From Clostridia bacterium (GTDB lineage Bacteria > Bacillota > Clostridia > Oscillospirales > CAG-272), in assembly GCA_017531925.1 (NCBI GenBank), contig JAFXKD010000008.1, positions 1 to 61,713 of the forward strand: a DNA stretch of 61,713 nt, given 5' to 3'. Below the pieces are notes generated by a model. It saw nothing but the letters and a program-made list of their open reading frames with translations, made no database searches and had not been told where the DNA came from. Shown piece by piece: positions 1-9,181 of this stretch; position 1 is the first letter of the stretch, and each line of letters starts with the position of its first letter. Made by a program: the position numbers and the translations under genes.

Positions 1-38
1 ACAACTATTAGGTAGATAACTGCGCTTAACAGCATTAC

Positions 39-150
39 AAATCCCAATTTATCGAACTAAAATGGGTGCAAACCCTTGTAGGAAGATGCACCCATAGTTC
101 AAAAATTAGTACCCATTTTGAAACGGTATCAAAATTTTGGTTTACTCACA
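39..150 (+). repeat. Conserved non-coding element, copy L (inverted homologue at 61495-61587)
   Basis: AAATCCCAATTTATCGAACTAAAA-TGGGTGCAAACC matches the reverse complement of 61551-61587 at 32/37 columns. An 11-nt variable spacer and ATGCACCC follow in both copies, then GTATCAAAATTTnnGnTTACTCACA (22/25). Confidence 0.85.
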
Positions 151-151
151 G

Positions 152-183
152 TGTGAGTGTCCATAAGGGCACTCACATTTTTT
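152..183 (+). terminator. Intrinsic-terminator-like hairpin directly after element L
   Basis: TGTGAGTGTCC-ATAA-GGGCACTCACA followed by a T run. Confidence 0.55.
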
Positions 184-299
184 ATCTGTTATTAACATTC
201 CTACAATGAAGAAACCATAATATTGATACACAAAACATCGGTATTATGGCTTTTTTATTTCAAAAAAGGTTTTTAGCCATTTTTGATAGGTTTTGTAGC

Positions 300-352
300 A
301 AAAATATAGGCTTGCCGGGAGAGCTTTCGTCCTGACAAGCCTTATTTATTTT
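300..352. terminator. Probable bidirectional terminator ending the 25 kb minus-strand operon
   Basis: AGGCTTGCCGGGA / TCCTGACAAGCCT stem (308-342) with A-rich 5' and T-rich 3' flanks, ~70 nt past the PHP stop. Confidence 0.6.
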
Positions 353-410
353 TACAGTAAAAATCAAATCTTAATTATTTAATTTCCTTATCATCTTTTA
401 ATTGGATGGA

Positions 411-1430
411 TCAGCTAAGCTCATCGATATGGTATGCTCGGCTGAATGCCTTATTGCCAAACTCGTCCACCAGGGTGATCCGTATATACCGATGCTCATT
501 TACCGCTTGCTCAGCCAGTTTAAAGTACCAATCCAGATCAAAGCTGACCTCTGTCAAAAGCTCCGCCCCTTCTGCTCCTTTAGAGTACAGCTGCCTGCAA
601 TCGGTAGAAAGACCCACAAACGCCACGGGAGAGGTAACTATTGTGATTTTGCTGCCCTCAATTGAGATCTCATAAAGCTCCGGAGCGGTTGAACAATAAA
701 AATCTCCGTTCTTTAATGATTCAAATACCTTATCGTAGGTCAATTCATCGGCGTTGACCATTACAAAGCCGCCAAAGCAATCCTTCATTCTGTGAGCATC
801 GTCGGTAGCCAGCGGAAACAATCTCTCACCCTTGCGCAAAAGGTCATCAAGGGGCTTCTCAGAATCGAAGTATCCGTTTCTTGCGCAGCCTGTGTTATAA
901 AGCTCTATTCCCCACAAGCCCTTGATGTCGATATAATCCATATAATCCTGTAATGACCATACAGGATGATTATAAGAGACCAAGCACCCCTCATCATTCG
1001 CTTTTTTTATTATGTCGTTGATACATCCCACAGAATATGAGCGATCATAATTGATCATCTCTTGCTCTGCGGTAATATAATCAAATGAATGCTTAAGCCA
1101 CATATTAGTTCTGTCAAAGGTGTTGAAGCAGTTTTGCCCTTCCCTTGGAGAATATATATTCAAATGATATGTTTTAACAAATCCAAAATCACAATCGTAT
1201 CTGTTGTTAACACTTATCTCGGTTGATGTCAGGGCAAGAAAATGCTCATCCGTCAATTCAGGATGCGGCACCATTACCTCGTGATCGGTAAATGCCACTA
1301 TAGAATATCCCTTTTCAGAATACACCTTTTTTATCTCCCCAGGAGTCATCTCCCCGTCAGAAACAGTTGTGTGGACGTGAAGATTAGCTTTATAAAAATT
1401 GCTTTTGGCAGGAAAAAGATATTTTCTCAT
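411..1430 (-). CDS. PHP-domain metallohydrolase (phosphoesterase-like), cytoplasmic
   Basis: NLHVHTTVSDG, FTDHE, NHP, IELYN and ATDDAH metal-binding motifs; RBS AGGGGG. Confidence 0.85.
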   Translation of the reverse strand: MRKYLFPAKSNFYKANLHVHTTVSDGEMTPGEIKKVYSEKGYSIVAFTDHEVMVPHPELTDEHFLALTSTEISVNNRYDCDFGFVKTYHLNIYSPREGQNCFNTFDRTNMWLKHSFDYITAEQEMINYDRSYSVGCINDIIKKANDEGCLVSYNHPVWSLQDYMDYIDIKGLWGIELYNTGCARNGYFDSEKPLDDLLRKGERLFPLATDDAHRMKDCFGGFVMVNADELTYDKVFESLKNGDFYCSTAPELYEISIEGSKITIVTSPVAFVGLSTDCRQLYSKGAEGAELLTEVSFDLDWYFKLAEQAVNEHRYIRITLVDEFGNKAFSRAYHIDELS

Positions 1431-1443
1431 ATATCCCCCTTAA

Positions 1444-3087
1444 TTATTTACCTAAGATCACTATCTCATTTATACTGCCGCCATTTGGTAAATTAAATCC
1501 TATTTTTACGCTTCTTGCTTTGAATGTATTCAAAAATTCTATATTGAAGCAGCTGCAAGGGTTAATGAATTCGGTTTCGTCATCAACATAGAAATCTTCA
1601 CAAAATTGAGGATAATAAACAATATTTCCATTTCCAAAGTCTATATATTCGATCTCAACTATATACTCATCGTAATATGCGCTGTTATATACGATAATTC
1701 CGGCGATCTCATACAATGTGTCAAATTCGATCTCTATATAGGATTCACCTGCCGGCAAGATCACCTCGTTGTTCTTAGAATCAAGATTATAGCAGTCAAC
1801 AATGTAATTGTCGCTGATCTTTTCGAGGTTCTGAACGTTATTTCCCGTTACGGTAGCACCCCCAACTATATTTTTATAGCCGCTTATGCTTTGCGGTAAG
1901 TTAACCACTGAATAAGTGGGTCCGTTGCAAAACGGAACGCCGCTGTCATCAAAAAACACACGGTCAAAAGCAAAATACCTTTCAGTATAATACTTTGAAT
2001 TCCAATCTCTGTTTTTGTGTGCGTGATATCCTATCATAAGCTCATCACCGGCATAGAAAAAGCAATGATGTCCCGTGCCTGATGCAAATCCGCTCCATTG
2101 TTTATAAATATCTGCCTCCTCGTCATTTGTCCCGGGGAAGCCCATAAGTAAATTGGTCCAGATCTTACCTTCCTCATAGGGCTTCACAAAATTACCCATT
2201 GGGGAATCGGATACTGCATAGCAAACGTTATAATACTTGTTCCAACAGCCATTCACCGAATAAGTCAAATAGTATTTGCCGCCGCTTTTGATCATAAACG
2301 GGGCTTCGGCTATTTTTATTTCATTATCCCTGTAAAGCTCCCATTCAAGCAACAATTCTTCGCTTTCGGAATCCACCGTGCCCGGTATCACCAGCTCCTT
2401 ATATGTGGACCAGTCCGCCATGTAAGGGCTGATAAGCTCAAGCCCCACTATATGCTGACTGTCAGTTGACGTTACGAAATACATATACATTTTTCCGTCG
2501 TCATCTGTAAAAACAGTTGTATCCAACATTCTGTTCGGATAATCGTCGCACGCGAATAAAGGATTGTTCAAGCCGTCAACCTCATCATTAACCAAAGGTT
2601 CATAAGGCCCTAAAGGATTATCGGCGACAACAACACTGCACCTGCGCACAGCCTCCTTATCATTGGCACTGTAATACATATAATACGTACCGCCAAAGCA
2701 ATATATCTCGGGAGCAAATATCTCGGGATTATCCCCTTCCCAACCGTTATAGAAAGAAGGATCATATATATCATAGTGCACATCATACGTTACAAAATCA
2801 GTAGTAACGTAGCAATCCACAGTATTAATGCTCCTATCGCTTGTTCCAACGACATAATAAGTATCGTTTTCAACGAAAACAAAGGGATCGGGTAGCGGAA
2901 CATCCTTCAATTGGTTCATATACCATAGCGATTCGCTACAATCAAATGACTCTCCGTCATATTTTGACGATAGGTCGATATAGTCCTTATCTTCAACAAG
3001 GAATTCCTTATCATTAGGATTTGGACAAGCCACCAACACCGACATCAGTATTAACAAGCATAGTAATAATAATATTATTCTCTTCAT
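1444..3087 (-). CDS. GH43 glycoside hydrolase lipoprotein with C-terminal beta-sandwich
   Basis: Lipobox LVAC; LPDP base, FAPEI, MLD..VFTDDDG, AEAP acid and GTGHH motifs of the five-bladed propeller. Confidence 0.85.
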   Translation of the reverse strand: MKRIILLLLCLLILMSVLVACPNPNDKEFLVEDKDYIDLSSKYDGESFDCSESLWYMNQLKDVPLPDPFVFVENDTYYVVGTSDRSINTVDCYVTTDFVTYDVHYDIYDPSFYNGWEGDNPEIFAPEIYCFGGTYYMYYSANDKEAVRRCSVVVADNPLGPYEPLVNDEVDGLNNPLFACDDYPNRMLDTTVFTDDDGKMYMYFVTSTDSQHIVGLELISPYMADWSTYKELVIPGTVDSESEELLLEWELYRDNEIKIAEAPFMIKSGGKYYLTYSVNGCWNKYYNVCYAVSDSPMGNFVKPYEEGKIWTNLLMGFPGTNDEEADIYKQWSGFASGTGHHCFFYAGDELMIGYHAHKNRDWNSKYYTERYFAFDRVFFDDSGVPFCNGPTYSVVNLPQSISGYKNIVGGATVTGNNVQNLEKISDNYIVDCYNLDSKNNEVILPAGESYIEIEFDTLYEIAGIIVYNSAYYDEYIVEIEYIDFGNGNIVYYPQFCEDFYVDDETEFINPCSCFNIEFLNTFKARSVKIGFNLPNGGSINEIVILGK

Positions 3088-3109
3088 ATCATTAACCTTT
3101 ATAAATATA

Positions 3110-4843
3110 TTATCTTGACAGGATCTCTCTTATTTTTGCGGCATCCACCTTTAAATCGTGGTTTTCGTCCAATAATCCGTTGACCTCCTGCTGAACGTCG
3201 GTCAACTGAGTATAGCAAAATCCTTGAAGGTCAGCCTCATAAATTCCATCGATCAACTCTTTTAATCTGTCATAGAATTCCCTGTCATCCTTAGCTGCAG
3301 AATTGTAGCCCCAATTATCGTCTCGCTGATCCTTTGCAAACATAATGCCGCCAAATTCTGTTAACAGTACAGGCTGTCCTCTATATTCATTATCATTCGC
3401 AAGCACTCTTCTGAACGTCTGGAATGCGCAGTTATAAGTTTTCTCATTATACTTTACTTTCATCTCTGAGCCGAGAGAAGAGTAATCGTGGATAGCCAAT
3501 ATATCACCGTCAGATATGTTTTCCCATCCGTCATTTGTGGAAACCAATCTTGATGCGTCCACTGACTTTGTTAAATAGTAAAGTGATTTGGCAAAATTTT
3601 GCTGTTCTTTGCTATTCATTACTTTTCTTATACCCCACGATTCATTAAGAGGGACGTAAGTTATAATGGACGAAAACTTCTTTGCGGTATTAACTATTGC
3701 CTGCCATTCATCCGTAATATAAGACACCTCATCAGAATTGAAATTGTATGCAGAGGGCATCTCACACCAAGTTAAAAGTCCCAATTCATCCGCAAGATAG
3801 TAATAATAAGGATCTTCAAATTTCTGATGCTTTCTTGCGCCGTTAAAGCCCATTTCCTTTGTAAGCTGAATGTCTTTTTTAATATCATCAACACCGGGAG
3901 GTGTCAAACCCGAATCCTTCCAATATCCTTGGTCAAGGATCAGACGCTGATACAGAGGTTTATTATTCAGCAATATTCTGCCGTCCTGTACACTGATCTT
4001 TCTCATACCGAATCTTGTGTGTACGCTATCAAGAAGAGCACCGTTTTTATACAGATTGATATCAACGTAGAACAAATTTGGATGCTCCGGCGTCCAATAT
4101 GTTACTTCATCGACAAAATTGATCTCCATCATATTAACACTGTAACGTGTATATTTCCCGTCAGGACTGATCATTTGGCGTTTGATCATTTTATTATCAT
4201 AATATACCTTAATTTCAATAAGATCAGCCAATAAATTTCTCAGCTTGATCTCACCGCTAAATGAATTGGTATCTATATCCGGAGTGATTGAAAAATCCTC
4301 GATCGAATCCTCTCCAACAAAGTCAATCCACACACTCTGCCATATACCGCTGTTGGGAGTGTACCAGCAAGCAAAAGGATCGTTGAGCCACGATTGCTTA
4401 CCTCTGGGGATCGTAGGATCCAATGGATCGTAGCATCTGACAACGATCACATTTTCACCCTCTTCTACAAATTTTGTAATGTCGACAGTGAACGGAGAAA
4501 AACCTCCGCGATGACTTATCGCATAATGTCCGTTGATCCATACTGTAGTAATATAATCACTTGCATTGAATCCCAAAATAATACTCTTACCCGCCTTATC
4601 ATAAACAAAGCTCCTTCTGTACCACAAGGTATCGTGGAAGGTCTTGTCACCAATTCCGCTTTCTTTATATTGATATGTAAACGGAACGTTGATCTCACCG
4701 GATAACTTGATATCGCCCTTATGAAGCCCTCTCAATTCCCCATCCTTATTATCATCAAATTCAAATTCCCATTTTCCGTTCAATGATAACCAGTCATCTC
4801 TTCTGAAATGAGGTCTTGGATATTCATTTCTTAATTTAAGCAT
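3110..4843 (-). CDS. GH2 glycoside hydrolase (beta-galactosidase/glucuronidase/galactofuranosidase-like), cytoplasmic
   Basis: EYPRP..RR..W.SLNG.W, LDQGYW, GFNGARKHQK, NESWG, TEFGG, GFCYTQLTDV.QE.NGL. Confidence 0.9.
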   Translation of the reverse strand: MLKLRNEYPRPHFRRDDWLSLNGKWEFEFDDNKDGELRGLHKGDIKLSGEINVPFTYQYKESGIGDKTFHDTLWYRRSFVYDKAGKSIILGFNASDYITTVWINGHYAISHRGGFSPFTVDITKFVEEGENVIVVRCYDPLDPTIPRGKQSWLNDPFACWYTPNSGIWQSVWIDFVGEDSIEDFSITPDIDTNSFSGEIKLRNLLADLIEIKVYYDNKMIKRQMISPDGKYTRYSVNMMEINFVDEVTYWTPEHPNLFYVDINLYKNGALLDSVHTRFGMRKISVQDGRILLNNKPLYQRLILDQGYWKDSGLTPPGVDDIKKDIQLTKEMGFNGARKHQKFEDPYYYYLADELGLLTWCEMPSAYNFNSDEVSYITDEWQAIVNTAKKFSSIITYVPLNESWGIRKVMNSKEQQNFAKSLYYLTKSVDASRLVSTNDGWENISDGDILAIHDYSSLGSEMKVKYNEKTYNCAFQTFRRVLANDNEYRGQPVLLTEFGGIMFAKDQRDDNWGYNSAAKDDREFYDRLKELIDGIYEADLQGFCYTQLTDVQQEVNGLLDENHDLKVDAAKIREILSR

Positions 4844-4928
4844 ATTTATCCCCTTGTTGTAAGATTTTTTTCATAGTAAAGTGTATTTTAAAGCAAATAT
4901 ACTTTAATACAAGAAAAATCTGTCTGTT

Positions 4929-4964
4929 CCCTCTCGGAACACACAGATGTGTGTTCCGAGAGGG
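4929..4964. other. Perfect 16-bp intergenic stem-loop inside the operon, no U-tract on the sense strand
   Basis: CCCTCTCGGAACACAC-AGAT-GTGTGTTCCGAGAGGG. Confidence 0.75.
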
Positions 4965-5077
4965 TTAGTTTTGCTAATTTCTATTGATTAGCGGAATGGG
5001 CATCTGCACGATAAAGATACCGTATCTTCGGGAGCTTCATAGCAGCCGTAATGATCGATGCCTTTCATTCCTATGTT

Positions 5078-8000
5078 TTATTCTGCGTCCTCCACATGAA
5101 CGTAGCCCTGACCTATCATATTTTGAGCATCAGGTCCTTCAACCATTCCGTTGTTTTGGTTAGTGGTATAAATGATCTTACCGTGGCTTTCATTGTGCAA
5201 ATTACCGACGATACCGCCAACAATAGCCTGCTTGCCCGTAACGTGACCGTTATTTGTGCATCCCGTTACCTCGCCAAGAGCCTTACCAACAATACCTCCT
5301 ACCTCGCCTGCTGCGACGAGAGAGCCATTGTTTACACAATCAATAACTGTGCCATGCGTATCACCTGCAATACCTCCGCATCCCCAGCTGGGTGTGCTTA
5401 CATCGCCGTAGTTGATACAGCCGCTGATCACAACAACACCCGTACCGTTTTCGGAAAGGCCCAGAATACCGCCTATAGCAGTCGTTTGACCTGTAATGGT
5501 GCCGTAGTTTACACAATTGCTTATACTTGAAGAATCACCTGACTTGATATATCCAACAATACCGCCAAGAGCCCATATTCCGTCAACATCGCCGTAATTG
5601 ATACAATCAGAAACGGGTTTGTTAGACTGACCGACGATACCGCCCGTCTTACCTTTGGCATTTACCTTGCCGTAGTTGATACAGCCGGTGATAGAACCTG
5701 TTGTCTTTGTTGAGCCCGCAATACCGCCCACGCAGTCATCAGTACTTGTTACTGTTCCATAGTTCACACAGTCAATGATATCGTGTCCTGCTGAACCTAC
5801 AACTCCGCCAACGATCCAGCTCGTACCTGTAACAGTTCCGTAATTCACGCAGTTCTTAACAGTTGATGCCTGATTCTCGGCATTACCTACTACACCGCCA
5901 AGTGTATTTACACCCGTTACTGTTACATAGCTTGTAAGATTTTCAAGCTTACCGCCGTTCGCTACGTAACCAACTATACCGCCGATGGTTGAATTGCCGT
6001 TGACCTTACCGTAAACGCTCAAATTAATGAGATATCCGCCTTCAACAGTGCCAAACAAGGATCTGGAATTATCAAGTCCTCTTATCGTACAATGATTTCC
6101 GTCAAAGAATCCATAGAAGCCCTTTCTTGTTGCCCATCCTGGGAAGTCTCCGATGCAGAGATCGTGTCCGTTAAGATCTATGCTCTGTGTCAATTTGAAA
6201 TACTTACCTGCAAAGTTAGGAGCTGCTGGCGCAGCACTGTTTACAACGTTCGCAATATATTTGAGATCTGCACCACTTTGTACCAAGAAAGGATCATCTT
6301 CTGTTCCCGAACCCTGCAAGCTTGTGCTTACGGATGCACCGTCCCAAACCGCAACTGTTGAATATACAACAGTCTTATACAATTCGTCGTGAACCGTGCT
6401 AAGAATGATCTTATCGTATTCAGCTACCAATCCGTCAAGCTTAGGAGCTGTTGCTTCGCACAAACCGTTATCATTGGACTTCGCATAAACTGCATCAAGT
6501 ATGTCGCCGTCTTGGTTTTCAAGAACTATTGTAGCATACAAGCCAACCTTAGCAGTTGCAGCTACGCTATCCCCTACCCAGACCTTGAAAGCGATGTGAT
6601 GATCGATTTCTTCAACCGTTACCTTAGTAACAGCTTTATCTACAGAATCAGCTCTCACGAATTCTTTTACGCCCGCAACGGTGCTTTCATTGGTTGAAGA
6701 ATAAACACCCTCGTGAACATTCCAGCCGAGATCCAATCTAAGATCGCCGTATTTACCCAAAATAAGATCCTTTAAGCTCATTATCCCGTCAATCGTTGCA
6801 ATTGAGGACGGACTTGTTGAGTACCAGAACTTATCTCCGTTAAAGAAAGTGTCAAAGGCTGTTTCCGCTCCTACCGCAGTTTCTCTGTAATATACACCGT
6901 CATTGTAATACTTTTCAAGCAATGCCTGAAGCTCAAGAGCTACAGGATCTTCAGTAGCAGAAGCGACTCTCTTATATCCACATTTACATGTGTACACCAT
7001 AAAGCCTTCTTCATTCAAAACGCCGCCGTCAAAGCTGTGAGGCTCTTCGCCGTAAGTATATCCGCATTCACATGCCTTATAGTGATAATCACTATTATAA
7101 GAGTCATGGAAGTCGTGTGCGGGCGCATTTAAGGATTCATCAAGATCAAGCACGAACTGATTCATTTCCTTGTAGTATTTACCCGTAACGGTCGATATCC
7201 ACTCTACCTCCATCTGACTACCGTCCTCGGTAAAGTAAAGCATACAAACCATACCCATACCGCCCTTCTGAGGATCCATCCACTGAGCGTCGATAACCAT
7301 CTGGTTAACTACGTTTCCGTGTACACCCTCAGTCTGAAGAAGGATAACATCCTCAAAGGGAGTATGACCGCTCAGAACAAGGAAAATATTGGGATGCTGA
7401 GAAACGAATTTTTCCCAGATCTGCTGACCGTTATTATATCCTCTTCCATTGTTATCTCCAACGCTTGTATCAACGTCATTTGCAGATGACATACCGCCAC
7501 TTGAGGGTGTGTTATCGTAATTCAGATGTCCACCGTCAAAGCCTTGATAACCGTGAGTAGTTACGATTACTCTGTGGTTTGGATGGGCAAGAACGACGTC
7601 GTTAGCCCAGTCAAGCATTTCGTCACCTGCGCCGAAATCCAAGGTCAAGAACAAATAATCCGTTGAGCCAACAGTAAATAGCTTATAAGAGTTTCTGATA
7701 TCCCCCTCAGCTATAAAACCGTCAAACTGGCTCATATATGTATCATTGGCGAAATACTTAAGGAAATATTTTGATTCATCATGATTACCGCGAACCAATG
7801 AGTATGGAATTACGCCGTCAAGCTTGGATATATACTGATGCGCCTTTATCCACTCCTGCTCTTTATTTGCGGTATTCCAATCCTCTGTAATATCTCCAAG
7901 TCCGAAAACGTGAGCGATCTTCTTGGAATCCTTGTTTTCAATGATCCAATCGTAGATACCGTCCATTTTATCCGTAGTGTATTTGGACATCCACTGTGTA

Positions 8001-9163
8001 TCGCCTACTACTACAAATGAATACGCATAGTCGAGCGTAGGCTCGTGGCTGTCAAGCCATTCCTTGGGGATATCGTATCCGTTGCCGGAAATATCCCTGA
8101 TGTCATTGCCTGCGCTGTTTTCGTTAAGCAAATAGCTTACAAGCAAGTTATCAGCGTAAAGATTTGTACCGTACTGAGCAGATCTTGCTATCTCTTTAGC
8201 AGATCTTACGTCAGAATATGCGGAAAGCGAACGGATTTTTCCTTTAAAGTAGATACCATTATTGCTTCTGTTATCGCCGCCAACTACGAACTGATATTTT
8301 GTGATATCATCAGCGAGATCCGTCTCGCAAGGAACGATCTGTACGATCTCTCCGTTAATATAGAGTGATGCTATCTTCTGTTCAAAGTCAAACGTAAGCG
8401 CAATATGAATCCACTCGCTCTTTCTCACGTCAACCTGTGTGAATCTGAGATCCTTTTCGTTACCTGCACTATCCTTATAATAGAATCTCGGAACACCGTT
8501 TTCATAAATCTCAAACAGCCAGTCCTCTCTGATACCGTAGTAGTTACCAAAGATAGCTCCTACCCTGCCTGTTACATACTTGTCAACATATATTTCTGCC
8601 TCAAGTGTCAAAGGAGCAGCAGAAAGCTTGTCAGAGATTCTGTAGTGAGTTGATCGCAAGAAGGACAAGCCGTTTTCCTTGGTGCTTTCGATCATCTGCG
8701 TTACTTTGCAACTGCAATCTGAGCAAGTGAAGGTCATAACTCCGGTTTCGGTCTCAGTTGCGGGAATTGTAACAACACCCTCATCCCAAGTATGCTCAGC
8801 TTCGTTCTGCTTTGCGCCGCAGATACACTCTATCCAGTGTGTAAATTCATCATGTGCATTTGTATCGTAGGTATGATCGTGATCTTCGGGTAATTTCTCG
8901 ATCGTCTCTACTTTAACATAATTACATACCGTGCATGTATAGGTTTTTGAACCCTCTTTATCAACAGTCGGACGTACGGTAACAACCGCGTCGCCCCATA
9001 AATGCTCTGCTTCCAAATGCTTTGCACCGCACTCGCACTCATACCAGTGGTGAGTTTCATTTTTCGAATATTCCGAAGAAAAGTCATGCGTGTGTGTGGG
9101 TATACAAGAGCATAAAATCGAAAGAACAAGAATCAATACCAGTATTAATACTCTGTATTTCAT
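5078..9163 (-). CDS. Multidomain lipoprotein: His/Cys repeats, LamG/ConA-like, calcineurin-like metallophosphoesterase, GLUG-repeat C-terminus
   Basis: Lipobox LCSC; HxH..W..C.CG repeats; WIHIALTFD/LYING; GDTQ, LGD, RGNHD, SGH; repeated GGIVG..I..C.NYG. Start moved to MKYRVL, which follows GAAAGGA. Confidence 0.8.
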   Translation of the reverse strand: MKYRVLILVLILVLSILCSCIPTHTHDFSSEYSKNETHHWYECECGAKHLEAEHLWGDAVVTVRPTVDKEGSKTYTCTVCNYVKVETIEKLPEDHDHTYDTNAHDEFTHWIECICGAKQNEAEHTWDEGVVTIPATETETGVMTFTCSDCSCKVTQMIESTKENGLSFLRSTHYRISDKLSAAPLTLEAEIYVDKYVTGRVGAIFGNYYGIREDWLFEIYENGVPRFYYKDSAGNEKDLRFTQVDVRKSEWIHIALTFDFEQKIASLYINGEIVQIVPCETDLADDITKYQFVVGGDNRSNNGIYFKGKIRSLSAYSDVRSAKEIARSAQYGTNLYADNLLVSYLLNENSAGNDIRDISGNGYDIPKEWLDSHEPTLDYAYSFVVVGDTQWMSKYTTDKMDGIYDWIIENKDSKKIAHVFGLGDITEDWNTANKEQEWIKAHQYISKLDGVIPYSLVRGNHDESKYFLKYFANDTYMSQFDGFIAEGDIRNSYKLFTVGSTDYLFLTLDFGAGDEMLDWANDVVLAHPNHRVIVTTHGYQGFDGGHLNYDNTPSSGGMSSANDVDTSVGDNNGRGYNNGQQIWEKFVSQHPNIFLVLSGHTPFEDVILLQTEGVHGNVVNQMVIDAQWMDPQKGGMGMVCMLYFTEDGSQMEVEWISTVTGKYYKEMNQFVLDLDESLNAPAHDFHDSYNSDYHYKACECGYTYGEEPHSFDGGVLNEEGFMVYTCKCGYKRVASATEDPVALELQALLEKYYNDGVYYRETAVGAETAFDTFFNGDKFWYSTSPSSIATIDGIMSLKDLILGKYGDLRLDLGWNVHEGVYSSTNESTVAGVKEFVRADSVDKAVTKVTVEEIDHHIAFKVWVGDSVAATAKVGLYATIVLENQDGDILDAVYAKSNDNGLCEATAPKLDGLVAEYDKIILSTVHDELYKTVVYSTVAVWDGASVSTSLQGSGTEDDPFLVQSGADLKYIANVVNSAAPAAPNFAGKYFKLTQSIDLNGHDLCIGDFPGWATRKGFYGFFDGNHCTIRGLDNSRSLFGTVEGGYLINLSVYGKVNGNSTIGGIVGYVANGGKLENLTSYVTVTGVNTLGGVVGNAENQASTVKNCVNYGTVTGTSWIVGGVVGSAGHDIIDCVNYGTVTSTDDCVGGIAGSTKTTGSITGCINYGKVNAKGKTGGIVGQSNKPVSDCINYGDVDGIWALGGIVGYIKSGDSSSISNCVNYGTITGQTTAIGGILGLSENGTGVVVISGCINYGDVSTPSWGCGGIAGDTHGTVIDCVNNGSLVAAGEVGGIVGKALGEVTGCTNNGHVTGKQAIVGGIVGNLHNESHGKIIYTTNQNNGMVEGPDAQNMIGQGYVHVEDAE

Positions 9164-9181
9164 AATAATTCCTTTCATTAA

